Positions 29,845-40,114 of a stretch of DNA of 64,000 nucleotides are shown here, piece by piece; position 1 is the first letter of the stretch; each line of letters begins with the position of its first letter. The DNA is from a bacterium (GTDB lineage: Bacteria; UBA8248; JACPRG01; G963555815). Location of the stretch: assembly GCA_965261595.1 (NCBI GenBank), contig CBDHDG010000005.1, forward strand, positions 448,001 through 512,000, written 5' to 3'. The translations under genes and the position numbers were made by a program. The notes beneath the pieces are model-generated. The model worked only from the letters and a program-made list of their open reading frames with translations. It did no database searches and had not been told where the DNA came from.

Positions 29845-32800
29845 CTACGCCCCGGGAAGCGCGGCGATTCGGGGAACCTCCAGATGGAACGTTGCGCCCA
29901 CGCCCACCTCGCTTTGGACGTCAATCCGGCCCCCGTGATTTTCGATGATGCCGTGGACAATGGAAAGCCCCAGCCCCGTCCCCTCCGCCACATCCTTGGT
30001 CGTGAAAAAGGGGTCGAAAATATGGGGGAGCGCCTCAGGCGGAATCCCCACACCCTCGTCTTTGACGCTGCACCGCACCCATGGCTCTCCCCCCCGGTTC
30101 ACGGATTCGGCCGAAAGGGTGACGGCGCCCTTCTGGTCCATGGCGTCCAGGGCGTTGTTGATCAGGTTGATAAAAACCTGGGAAATCTGATCACGATCCG
30201 CCTCCACCGTGATCGGAGTCTCCGGGAGCTTGAGCTGGTACGTTGGGCCGGCCATCCGGAATTGGGGTTCCAGCATGGCCAGGGTGTCCCGGATGAGCTC
30301 CAGGATGTCGAACCGCGTGACGGAGGAGTCTTCCTCTCTCGAGAAGCGGCGCAGGCCGCCGCAGATCTTGGCGATCCGCTTGACGCTCTGATAGATGGTT
30401 TCGCAGGATTTGCGGACTGCCGAGGGGTCTTGCGGGGTCCGTATCAGTCCCTGCGCGTGCATGCCGATAATGTTGGCCGGATTCAGGATCTCGTGCGCCG
30501 CGCCCGCGGTCAGGCGTCCCAAGGAGGCGAGCTTCTCGTTGCGCAGCAACATTTCCTGCGCCCGGATTCGCTCGGTGATGTCGCGGGCCAGCGCCAGGAT
30601 CCGCCGGTGTCCGCCCGACTGGATGAGCCCGAGTCGGATCTCGACCGGGAAGGTCTCCCCGTTCTTGCGCCGGTGCATCCCTTCGATCGTCAGGGTTTTT
30701 CCGTCCTCGACAGTTTTCCACATCCGCTCCAGCATTTCGTCGTTGAAATTCACATCGATCTCGCCAACGGACAGCTTCAACAGCTCTTCCCGCGAGTAGC
30801 CCAAGGTGTCGCACGCCTGCTGATTGACATCGACAAACCGGCCGTCGAGGCCATGGACGAACACAGCGTCCGCCGCTTGCTCGACCAGGCTTCGAAAGCG
30901 CTCCTCGCTTTCCCGAAGGGCCTGCTCAGTGCGCTTTTGGGCCCCGATGTCCCGGTGGATTGCGATGAATCCTTCAAATTCCCCGTCCTGGTCCCGGAGC
31001 GTCGATAGGCTGATCGAGACCTCCAGCGGGGCGCCGTCTTTGCGGTGCATTACGGTTTCGATGGGAGAGACCTCCTCCTCCGCAATCAGCCGGTTGCGGT
31101 ACGTCATCATTCGGTCTCTGGGCCCCGGATCCCTGGCCAACAGGTTCAGAAAATTTTTTCCGACGGCTTCGCGCGCGGTGTGCCCATACAGGGCCTCCGC
31201 GCCCGGATTCCAAGAGGTGACGACCCCTTCGGCATTGACCGTGAGAATCCCATCCGTCGCGCTGCGGACCAGGTTGTCCAGCCGTTCGCCCGTTTCCCGG
31301 ACCTGGGCGTACAGTTCCGCGTTCTTCATGGCGATCGCCAGGTGGTCGGCCACGGAAACCAGCAGGTCGATGTGTTCCGGCGTGAAGGCGTCCACCTGTT
31401 CGGAGACGACGCTCAACGCCCCGATGCAGGACCCTTCGCTTAAAACGGGGACCGTCACGACGGACAGCAGTCCCTGCGAAGCGAGTGAGAGAAGCCGGGC
31501 GTAAGGACCGTCTCGGGTGTCCGGCGTATAGAGAGGCGCGTGGGTCTCGAAAAGTCTTTCATACTGGCTGCCGGTCAGATCCCTTCGTGATTCGACCCAC
31601 CCTTCCCGCGGCTCGTTGATGTCCACCGTCCAATAATCCGTGATGGATTTCCGCTTTTCGTCGATGGCGTACAGGGCGCTGCCCACGCAGGGCGCCAGCC
31701 GTCTGACTTGCTCCACAGCGATTTTAAACAGCGCTTCCAGCTCCAGGGTGGAGTTGACCCCCTTGGCGATCTCCTCCAGGATCTCCAGATTCGTGGCCCG
31801 CCGCTGGACTTCCGCGAAGAGCCGGGAGTTATCGATGGCGATGGCGGCTTGGTCCGCGAAGGCCTGACTGGTGGCGACCAGGTCCGGCCTCAATTCCTGT
31901 AGGGTGTCGAAGCAGAAGGTCATGGCCCCGATGATCTTTCCCCGAACCCGGAGGGGAAGGATGAGGGCCGAGCGGAGACCCTCCCGCTCCACCCACTCGC
32001 GGACGGCTTGTTGCCTCGGGTCGTTCACGGCGTCGTGAATCAGGATCGGCTCGCCCGCTTGGAGGACCTCCCTGCGGGACAGCCTTTCTTTCAGGTTTTC
32101 GAGTTCATCCAGAAATTCCCGCGAAAGACCCCGCGCCGCAAGGTATCGTCCCTCCTTGTTTCCCTCTCCGGACAGGTAGACCGAGCCCCGGTCCGCGCCC
32201 ATCGCCTCGAACGCTTCCTCGACGATCCTTTCGAGAATCCCCTCCAATTCCAGAACCGAGGTGATTCTCGCGGAGGTGTCCACGAGCGCCTCCAGTCTCT
32301 CTTTCGCCATGAGGACGTCCCGGTGTGAGGCCTGGACCCGCCCCAGCAGGTGGTTGATCCCTTCCCCCAGCCGGGACAACTCGTCCCCTCCCCGAACCGA
32401 TACGCGCCCGGACAAGTCTCCGCCGATGTGGAGATCGGCCAAGCCCTTCGTCAGTCCGGCGACCGGCCGCAGGACGGACCTTTCGAGAACGACGATCGTC
32501 AAGCCCCCGAACAGGACGCCCACCCCGACAAGGGCCCACAGAAAGTACGAGGATCTGCGGCGGCCTTGGTCGTAAATGTGCCTGGACAGATTCGCCCGCA
32601 GGACCAGCGCGGGCTTGCCGTAGATGTCTTGGAGAAGCGCGAATCCCGAGACCAGTCGGCTGTCCAGGGGTTGAACCCCAATGCGTTTCCCATCGGCCAG
32701 TGAGGGAAGCGCCGCCTTGAAGGCCGCGGGCAGGTTCGGATCATCGAAGCGGTGTGCTGTGAAAGCGACATGGGTCCGCCGGGCGATCTTCCGGACCTCC

Positions 32801-33376
32801 GCCCGGTCCAGGATTCGGCCCATCACCACGGTCCCCCGGATGGGTCCATCGCCCTTCCCCGCCAGAATGGGACGGGAGGCCACGAGCAGGACCTGTCCCT
32901 CGGAAAGGGAAAGAACCCCCTGGAGACTGCTTTTGGAGGCCGTATGACGCCAGAGGCGCTTTTTTGAGAGATGCTCTTCCAGGATGCTCTTAGGGGACGG
33001 GCAGCTTGCTCCCCTTTTTCAGATCGAAGCCTTTGCCCCAGACCAGCCGGCCGGATTTGTCGATCACGAGCAGAAGGTTGAGTTTGAGCTCGCTGAACGC
33101 GGCGTCCGACAGGCGTTCCCGGATGAAATCCGCATTGCCGTCGCGGACGAACGCGTATGTATCGTCGCGGGAACCCATCCGGGACGCCGCCGAGTCCAGG
33201 GCGTGGAGGTCATCCGAGATGGCGCTGAGGACCTGTCCGGCGCTCCGCCGCGCGTCCCGCGCCTCCAGGTCCTCGTAGCTGCTGAGCAGGACGAAGCGGA
33301 ATACGCCGTACAGGACGCCGATGAGGACGACGAGCACGGCCCCGATGATGAGGAGCGTTTTCTGACGAAGCGTCAT
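29845..33376 (-). CDS. CHASE4-HAMP-GAF-GAF-PAS-PAS sensor histidine kinase (one apparent frameshift near 32995)
   Basis: ORFs 33376-32990 and 32883-29845 join on removing one base from a C4 run. AHEILNP H-box, NLINNALDA, IFDPFFTTK, GTGLGLS. Confidence 0.85.
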
Positions 33377-33847
33377 GTTTTACACCGCGGAGGAGGATTC
33401 ATGAGGATTCCCGCTTCCGGCGCCCGAGGCCCGAGACCCGAGGAAAAGGGCTCTGCCTCTCCGAATCGGAATGGAAACCGGCGGGATGACCGGAGGGCAT
33501 CGAGCAAACCGATCAACTTCTCCTGATTTTATATGCGAACCCTATATGGCATGCTACTTCTTCCTGATGGGGATCGGCCCTCCGCAAAGAGCTCGTAATC
33601 GCCGCTTCGCCAAACCCGCGCGTCAGGACCGGGCCTTTCCATGGAGGGGAAGCCACGCATCGGCCGCGGTTTCGATGGGCCGATTCTAACGCGACAGAAA
33701 GCGGCGGATCGATTATATTACGTGAAAATTCATGCTCTCCCTTCACGCCTGTAGCCTGCTCAATGGCGGCCGGGGGGGAGGGGGGATAGGTTTTCTCCGT
33801 CCGGATCGAATTTCACGTGTCTTGGACGTTGGAGAGGAGTGAAGAGG

Positions 33848-34561
33848 ATGGCTCGAGAAGGGTTGGGGAACCTGTCGGAAACCCATGCGTGCTCGCTGGC
33901 CCAGGAACGGGCGGCGGCCTTCCTGCGGCAGGTTTACTGGTGGATGACGGTCGGCCTCGCCGTAACGGGATGCGCGGCCTGGGCCGTGGTGGCTTCGCCC
34001 GGGTTGCAGCGTTTCATCTTTGGCAGCCAGATCGTGTATTTCGGGCTGATCATCGTGACGCTGGGCCTGGTCTTCACCTTGAGCGCCCGTGTGGAGAAGA
34101 TGAGCGTCCAGGGGGCGACGGCGACGTTCCTGATTTACTCGCTGCTCAACGGGCTGATGCTTTCGTCCATCTTCCTGGTCTATACGGCCGGCTCCATCAC
34201 GGGGGTCTTCTTCATCACGGCGGGGACGTTCGCGGTGACCAGCCTTTGGGCGTATACGACGAAGCGGAGTCTGGCCTCCTGGGGAAGTTTCTTCTTCATG
34301 GGCCTCATCGGCATCATCATCGCCTCCGTCGTCAACATGTTCCTGCAAAGCTCGGCGCTGCATTGGGCTATCAGCTACATCGGCGTGCTGGTGTTCGTCG
34401 GTCTGACGGCCTACGACACGCAAAAGCTAACGCTCCTCGGCGCCCAGGGATTCGGCAATGAGGCCACTGCGGCGAAGGCCTCGATCCTCGGAGCGCTGAG
34501 GCTCTACCTGGACTTCATCAACCTGTTCCTCATGCTCCTGCGGATTTTCGGGCGGCGATAA
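33848..34561 (+). CDS. Bax inhibitor-1/YccA family membrane protein
   Basis: FLRQVYWWMTVGL, GLTAYDTQK, GALRLYLDFINLF. Confidence 0.92.
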   Translation: MAREGLGNLSETHACSLAQERAAAFLRQVYWWMTVGLAVTGCAAWAVVASPGLQRFIFGSQIVYFGLIIVTLGLVFTLSARVEKMSVQGATATFLIYSLLNGLMLSSIFLVYTAGSITGVFFITAGTFAVTSLWAYTTKRSLASWGSFFFMGLIGIIIASVVNMFLQSSALHWAISYIGVLVFVGLTAYDTQKLTLLGAQGFGNEATAAKASILGALRLYLDFINLFLMLLRIFGRR

Positions 34562-34652
34562 GAACGGAGGGGTTTCCGCGGGGAGCCTCCCCCGTGTCGG
34601 GACGGGCTCGGCATTCCGTCCGCGCGGGTTTGTTGAATTGTTTCGTTTGGCG

Positions 34653-34687
34653 AAATCGGGCGGCCTTTTGGGCCGCCCGATTTTTTT
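34653..34687 (+). terminator. Rho-independent terminator
   Basis: AAATCGGGCGGCC / GGCCGCCCGATTT stem followed by a T run. Confidence 0.75.
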
Positions 34688-34787
34688 GCGTGCGCCGGGA
34701 ACCCCGGCGTCCGGCGGCCGAGCGCCCGGAACCCAACCGGACTCCGCGCGATTGTGAGGTATAATCGGCGCGTCCTGAAACCGAAAC

Positions 34788-37079
34788 ATGGGAGCGCGAC
34801 GCTTGGCCACGACTGAAAAATGGCGGCACGTGGGAAAACGGGTTCCCCGGCTGGACGCCCGGGAGAAGGCGATGGGCGGCCTCCTGTATCCGTCCGACCT
34901 CGTTCGGGACGGGGTGCTCTGGGTGCGCGTCCTGCGCGCCGGGCGGGCGCATGCCCGGATCCTGAGCATCGATGCCGACGGGGCCGGCCGTGTGCCGGGG
35001 GTCGCGGCGGTCCTCACGGCGCGTGACGTCCCGGGCCTGAACCTGTGCGGCGCCGTGGCGGCGGACCGGCCGGTTCTATGCGGAGATGTGGTGCGCTATG
35101 AAGGGGACGCCGTCGCCCTGGTCGCCGCCGAGACGCCCGAGGCGGCCGCGCTCGCCCTGGACCGGATCACCGTGGAATACGAAGACCTGCCCCCGCTGCC
35201 GGACATCGAGGCGGCTTTGTCTCCCGGCGCCGCCCCCATTCACGGGGACGGAAACGTTTTCAAGGAGATTCACGTGTCCTGAGGAGACGTCGAGGCGGGA
35301 TTCGGCCGGGCGGACTGGGTGGTCGAGGAAGGTTTCCGCACGCAAAGCCAGACCCACGTCTACCTGGAGACCGAGGCGGCCTTGTCCTTCCGGGATGAAA
35401 CGGGCCGGCTGACGGTCGTCGCGACGGGCCAGTTCCCCCAGTTCGACCGGACGCAGGTCGCCCGGGCCCTGGGACTCGATGAAGACGCCGTCCGGGTCCT
35501 CAATCCCTCCAACGGAGGGGCCTTCGGCGGCAAAGAGGAAATCACCGTTCAGGTCTATCCCGCCCTCGTGACCCTCTTGACGGGCCGGCCCGCCAAGATC
35601 GTCCTGGGCCGGGAAGAGTCCATCGTGGCGGGGACCAAGCGGCACCCGATGCGTTTCCGGTACAAGGCGGGCGTCCGCTCGGACGGCTCGCTGACGGCCT
35701 TGTCGGTGAGAATCGAAAACGACACCGGCCCTTACCTCTCCTATGGGCACATCATCACGAACGTCGCCCTGACGCATGCGTGCGGGGCTTATTCGATCCC
35801 CGACGCGCGCCTCGACGCCGCGACCGTTTTCACCCACGGGTCATTCGGCGGGGCGTTCCGCGGCTTCGGCTCCTCGCAGCCGGCGTTCGCCGTCGAGGTC
35901 TTCATGGACATCCTGGCCGAGCGCGCGGGGATGGACCCCATCGCGTTTCGGCTGAAAAACCGCGTCGCCCAAGGGCGGCCGATGGTGGGGAACAAGGTGT
36001 TGGAGATCTCCGCCCCCGTCGCCGAGCTGCTCGAGACGGCCCGCGCCCATCCGCTCTACGCCGAGCGCGAACGGATCCGGGCCGAGCAGCCGGATCTGCC
36101 TCCCGAGCGGCGAAGGGACTGCCGGACGGGCATCGGCGTCGCCCTGTCGATGAAGAACTGGTGCATGGGGTCGAACGTGAAGGACGAGACCCATGTGGAG
36201 GTCCGTCTGGAGGCGTCGGGGCGGGTTGTCGTCGAGTCCGGGATCACCGAGATCGGCACGGGCAACCTCACGGCGATCGCCCAGGTCGCGGCGGAAATCC
36301 TCAATTGCGAGGTGGAGCGGATCCGGGTCGTGGAGGGGGACAGCGACTCGCCCGACGGCGGGCCCACCAACGCCTCGCGCACGGTGTACATGGGCGCCGG
36401 CGCCGTCCACCAGGGGGCGACCGCCCTCAAGGAGGAGATCCTCAAGCGGGCGTCCGAGATGGCGGATGTTCCCCGGGAACAGCTCTTTCTGGAAGACGGG
36501 CGCGTGCGCGGCCGTCCGCCGGCCGACGTGGAGGTTTCTTTCGCCGACCTGGCGCGGGACGGCGCGGTCAAGGCCCGCGGGTTTTTCGAGGCCGCCCAAT
36601 TTCACGGCGATGACGACTGGCTTCCGCCCTATCTCTTCGCCTTCGCCGTTCATCTCGTTCAGGCGGCGGTGGATGTGAGGACGGGGGAGCTTGACGTTCA
36701 GAAGGTCTTTTGCGTCCTGGATCCCGGCCGGGTCATCAACCCCATCGGCGTGGAGGGGCAGTCCGAGGGAGGGGTGGCCATGGGCTTGGGCTGCGCCTTC
36801 ATGGAAGAGCTCGTCCTTCGGGACGGAATTCACGAGAACGTCTTTTTGGGCGATTACCTGATCCCGACTTCCCTGGACGTTCCCGATATCCGGACCGCGT
36901 GGGTCGAGCATCCCGAGGAGACTTCTCCGTACGGGGCCAAGGGGATCGCCGAGTTGCCGATGAACCCTTTCGCGCCGGCCCTTTCCAACGCCCTGTATCA
37001 TGCCTTGCGCGTCCGGTTTCTATCCACGCCCATCACCCCGGCTGCCGTCGTTTCGGCCCTGAGGGGTCGCCGACCCTGA
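34788..37079 (+). CDS. Xanthine dehydrogenase-family Mo-binding subunit interrupted by an in-frame TGA (35280-35282)
   Basis: ORFs 34788-35282 and 35319-37079 share one frame: EIHVS*GDVEAGF. Motifs GGAFGGKE, AFRGFG, EGQSEGG, GAKGIAE. Confidence 0.85.
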
Positions 37080-37179
37080 GGATCCGCCGACCCTGGGGGT
37101 CCGCCGGCCGGTCGTGCGGTGAAGGCGAGGAGTTCGCGGCCCGTCCATGACGCGCCCGTCTCATGAAGAGGATGACGAC

Positions 37180-38442
37180 GTGACGAATTCCCGGTTGCTC
37201 AAGAACGCCCGCGCGCCCGGCTGGGACGCCCCGCGCGACCTCCTCATTCGGGGCGGGAAAATCTCGGCCGTCGGTGAAAACCTGGACGCCGGGGGGGGGG
37301 AGGGGGGGGGCTCCGTCATCGACCTCGGCGGCCGGGCGGTCATCCCGGGTCTGGTCGAGGCCCACACGCATCTGGACAAGGCCCTCACCCTCGATATCTG
37401 CAAGAACGAAGAGGGAACGCTGATCGGCGCCATCCGCGCGATGGCGAAGCTGAAGCGGGCGTCCAGCGCGGAGGACGTCTACCGGAGGGCCGAGGCCTGC
37501 CTGTTGAAGTTCATCGCTCACGGGGCGACGGCCGTCCGGACGCATATCGACGTGGACCCCTCCATCGAGCTCCGGGGGATGGAGGCCGGGGTTCGGCTGC
37601 GGGAGGAATACCGGGACAAGGTGACGCTCCAGCTGGTGGCCTTCGCCAGCGGGGCCTCGGGCTCCCTGGACGCGCCGGAGCACCGGGACCGCCTCGCGGA
37701 GGCCGTCCGCATGGGGGCGGATGTCGTCGGCGGGGCGCCCACCCTGGCCGACGACCCGAAGGCGCACGTGGACGCCGTGTTCGACTTGGCCCTGAAGACC
37801 GGCCTGTCCCTCGATCTGCACGTGGATGAATCGGACGATCCCGGCGCCCGGGCCCTGGAAATCGTGGCGGAAAAGACAATGGCGGAGGGTTACGAAGGGC
37901 GGGTGGTCGCCGGGCACTGCTGCTCCCTGGCGGCGATGGATGACGCGGCGGCCGGCCGGATCATCGAAAAGACCGCCCGGGCGGGGATCGCCATCATCAC
38001 GATGCCGTTTTGCAACCTGTATCTTCAGGGAAGGCGCGACGCCCAGCCCGTCCGGCGGGGCATCACGCGCGTGAAAGAGATGGAAGAGGCCGGGGTCAAC
38101 ATCTATTGCGCGTCCGACAACGTTCAGGACCCCTTCGGCCCCTTCGGCCGGGCGGACACGCTGGAGGCGGCCTGGCTGACCGGGCTGGCGGCCCAGTGGG
38201 ATCCGGGCAATCTCCCCGCGCTTCTCGATATGGTCACAGCCCGTCCGGCGCGGCCCCTGGGGTTGGGCGAGCCTTACGGCGTCCGGGAAGGGTCGCGGGC
38301 GGACCTGGTGGTGATGGATTCCGACGCGGCCGATCATGTCGTCATCGAGCGGCCCGCGCGCGCCCTCGTCATCCGGTCCGGCCGGATCGTCTCCACCGGA
38401 CCCGGCGCGCGGGACCTGGGAATCCATGAGTCGGAGTGTTGA
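37180..38442 (+). CDS. Cytosine/creatinine deaminase-like amidohydrolase
   Basis: EAHTHLDKA, VRTHIDVD, DLHVDE, GHCCSL, ASDNVQDPF. Confidence 0.88.
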   Translation: MTNSRLLKNARAPGWDAPRDLLIRGGKISAVGENLDAGGGEGGGSVIDLGGRAVIPGLVEAHTHLDKALTLDICKNEEGTLIGAIRAMAKLKRASSAEDVYRRAEACLLKFIAHGATAVRTHIDVDPSIELRGMEAGVRLREEYRDKVTLQLVAFASGASGSLDAPEHRDRLAEAVRMGADVVGGAPTLADDPKAHVDAVFDLALKTGLSLDLHVDESDDPGARALEIVAEKTMAEGYEGRVVAGHCCSLAAMDDAAAGRIIEKTARAGIAIITMPFCNLYLQGRRDAQPVRRGITRVKEMEEAGVNIYCASDNVQDPFGPFGRADTLEAAWLTGLAAQWDPGNLPALLDMVTARPARPLGLGEPYGVREGSRADLVVMDSDAADHVVIERPARALVIRSGRIVSTGPGARDLGIHESEC

Positions 38443-38486
38443 GGCGGCGCGGCGATCGTGAGAACAGGCGAACGCCCATCCCGAAC

Positions 38487-38664
38487 TGTCATTCCCGCGC
38501 AGGCGGGAATCCAGCGTTCTGAGTTGTGGGTCCATCCTCCTGCCCACGTGATCATTGAGTGGAGAAGTATACGAGAGGGAGAAGGGCTTTCGGCGCAGCC
38601 GGGGGTCGGGTTGATTGGGACCGATCTGAAGCACTTCTGGATTCCCGCCTGCGCGGGAATGACA
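38487..38664. repeat. MITE/REP-like element with 28-bp perfect inverted repeats
   Basis: TGTCATTCCCGCGCAGGCGGGAATCCAG (38487-38514) and its exact reverse complement (38637-38664); each contains ATTCCC-N8-GGGAAT. Confidence 0.85.
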
Positions 38665-38798
38665 AGCGGGGGGCGTTGCAGAATGACGGCGGACTGTCAA
38701 GGTTCAGGGGATCGCCCGTCAGCGCATGAATCACGACTGACCCTCTGGGGCTTCGTTTCTTCAAGTGCCGAAAACTGGGGATCACTGGGGAACGGACA

Positions 38799-39251
38799 TT
38801 GGGCTGCCGATTTACGCTGAACGGAAAGGCGGTAGAGACCGACGCGCCGGGCGACCGGACGCTTCTCGACCACCTACGCGAAGACCTGGACCTGACGGGC
38901 GCCAAGGAAGGCTGCGGGGAGGGGGAGTGCGGGGCCTGCACGGTCCTGGTCGACGGGGACGCCGTCGTCGCCTGTCTCGTCCCGGTGGGTCAGTTGGAAG
39001 GCCGCGAGGTCGTGACCATCGAGGGGCTGGCCGCCGCCGGCCGGCTGGACACCTTGCAGGAGTCCTTTGTCCGGGAGGGGGCCGTCCAGTGCGGCGCGTG
39101 CATTCCGGGGATGATCCTATCGGCCAAGGCCCTGTTGGCGGAGAATTCCAGTCCAGACCGGGTCGAGATCCGCCGGGCCATCGCGGGCAACCTCTGCCGC
39201 TGCACGGGATACGTCAAGATTGTGGACGCCATCGAGCGGGCCTTGTCATGA
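38799..39251 (+). CDS. (2Fe-2S)-binding subunit, CoxS/XdhC-like
   Basis: GCGEGECGACTV, QCGAC, NLCRCTGY. Confidence 0.93.
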   Translation: MGCRFTLNGKAVETDAPGDRTLLDHLREDLDLTGAKEGCGEGECGACTVLVDGDAVVACLVPVGQLEGREVVTIEGLAAAGRLDTLQESFVREGAVQCGACIPGMILSAKALLAENSSPDRVEIRRAIAGNLCRCTGYVKIVDAIERALS

Positions 39252-40111
39252 GCGGATTCATCTCGCCCCGCACCCTTCAGGAGGCTTTCGACGCCCTCGC
39301 GGATGACGGGGAAAACCTCCGGCTCCTTTCCGGCGCGACGGATGTCGTCGTCTGGGTCCGCGACGGCCGGCTGAGCGTCCGCCGCTACCTGAACCTTTCC
39401 GGTCTCGAAAGAGAGCTTCGCTACATCCGCGAGGAGAACGGCTTCATCGAGATGGGCGCCTTGACGACCGTGAGCGACCTCCTGCGCTCGGACCTGATCC
39501 GACGGCACGCCCGGGCGCTGCACGACGCCGCGGTCCTGTTCGGGTCCGTCCAGATTCGGAACCGGGCGACGGTGGCGGGAAACCTGGGGACGGCCTCCCC
39601 CGCGGGGGACGCGCTGCCGCCCCTGTTGGCCCTGGACGCGCAGGTGGTCCTGGAGAGCAGCAGCGGAGTTCGAGACGTGTCTTTCGACAAGTACATGTTT
39701 GGTCCCGGAGAGACGGCCCGGAGCTCCGATGAGCTGATCACGGCCGTCCGGTTCCCGGTCATGCGGAGCGGGGAGACAAGCTTCTACCGCCGCCTCGATC
39801 TCAGAGACGCCCTCGCCATCTCCGTTGCGGGCGTGGCCGTCCGGGTGAGGCGGGAGGGATCTTCCCCGGCCGCCGTCTCCTCCGCCCGGGTGGCGCTGGG
39901 GGCGGTCGCCCCTACGGTCCGCCGCGCGCCGGAGGCCGAGGAGGCCCTGACGGCCGGGCCCGTCCGCCTGGACGACCTGATGGACATCGGCGAGCTGGCC
40001 GCCCGCTCGGCCCGCCCCATCGACGACGTTCGGGCGTCCGCCGGGTACCGGAAGGCCCTCATCCCCGGGCTGTTCTATCAGGGCATGTACGATGTCCTCA
40101 CGGAGGGTTGA
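39248..40111 (+). CDS. FAD-binding subunit, CoxM/XdhB-like
   Basis: SGATD, QIRNRATVAGN, PIDDVRASAGYR; ATGA overlap with the FeS gene. Confidence 0.92.
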   Translation: MSGFISPRTLQEAFDALADDGENLRLLSGATDVVVWVRDGRLSVRRYLNLSGLERELRYIREENGFIEMGALTTVSDLLRSDLIRRHARALHDAAVLFGSVQIRNRATVAGNLGTASPAGDALPPLLALDAQVVLESSSGVRDVSFDKYMFGPGETARSSDELITAVRFPVMRSGETSFYRRLDLRDALAISVAGVAVRVRREGSSPAAVSSARVALGAVAPTVRRAPEAEEALTAGPVRLDDLMDIGELAARSARPIDDVRASAGYRKALIPGLFYQGMYDVLTEG

Positions 40112-40114
40112 GCC

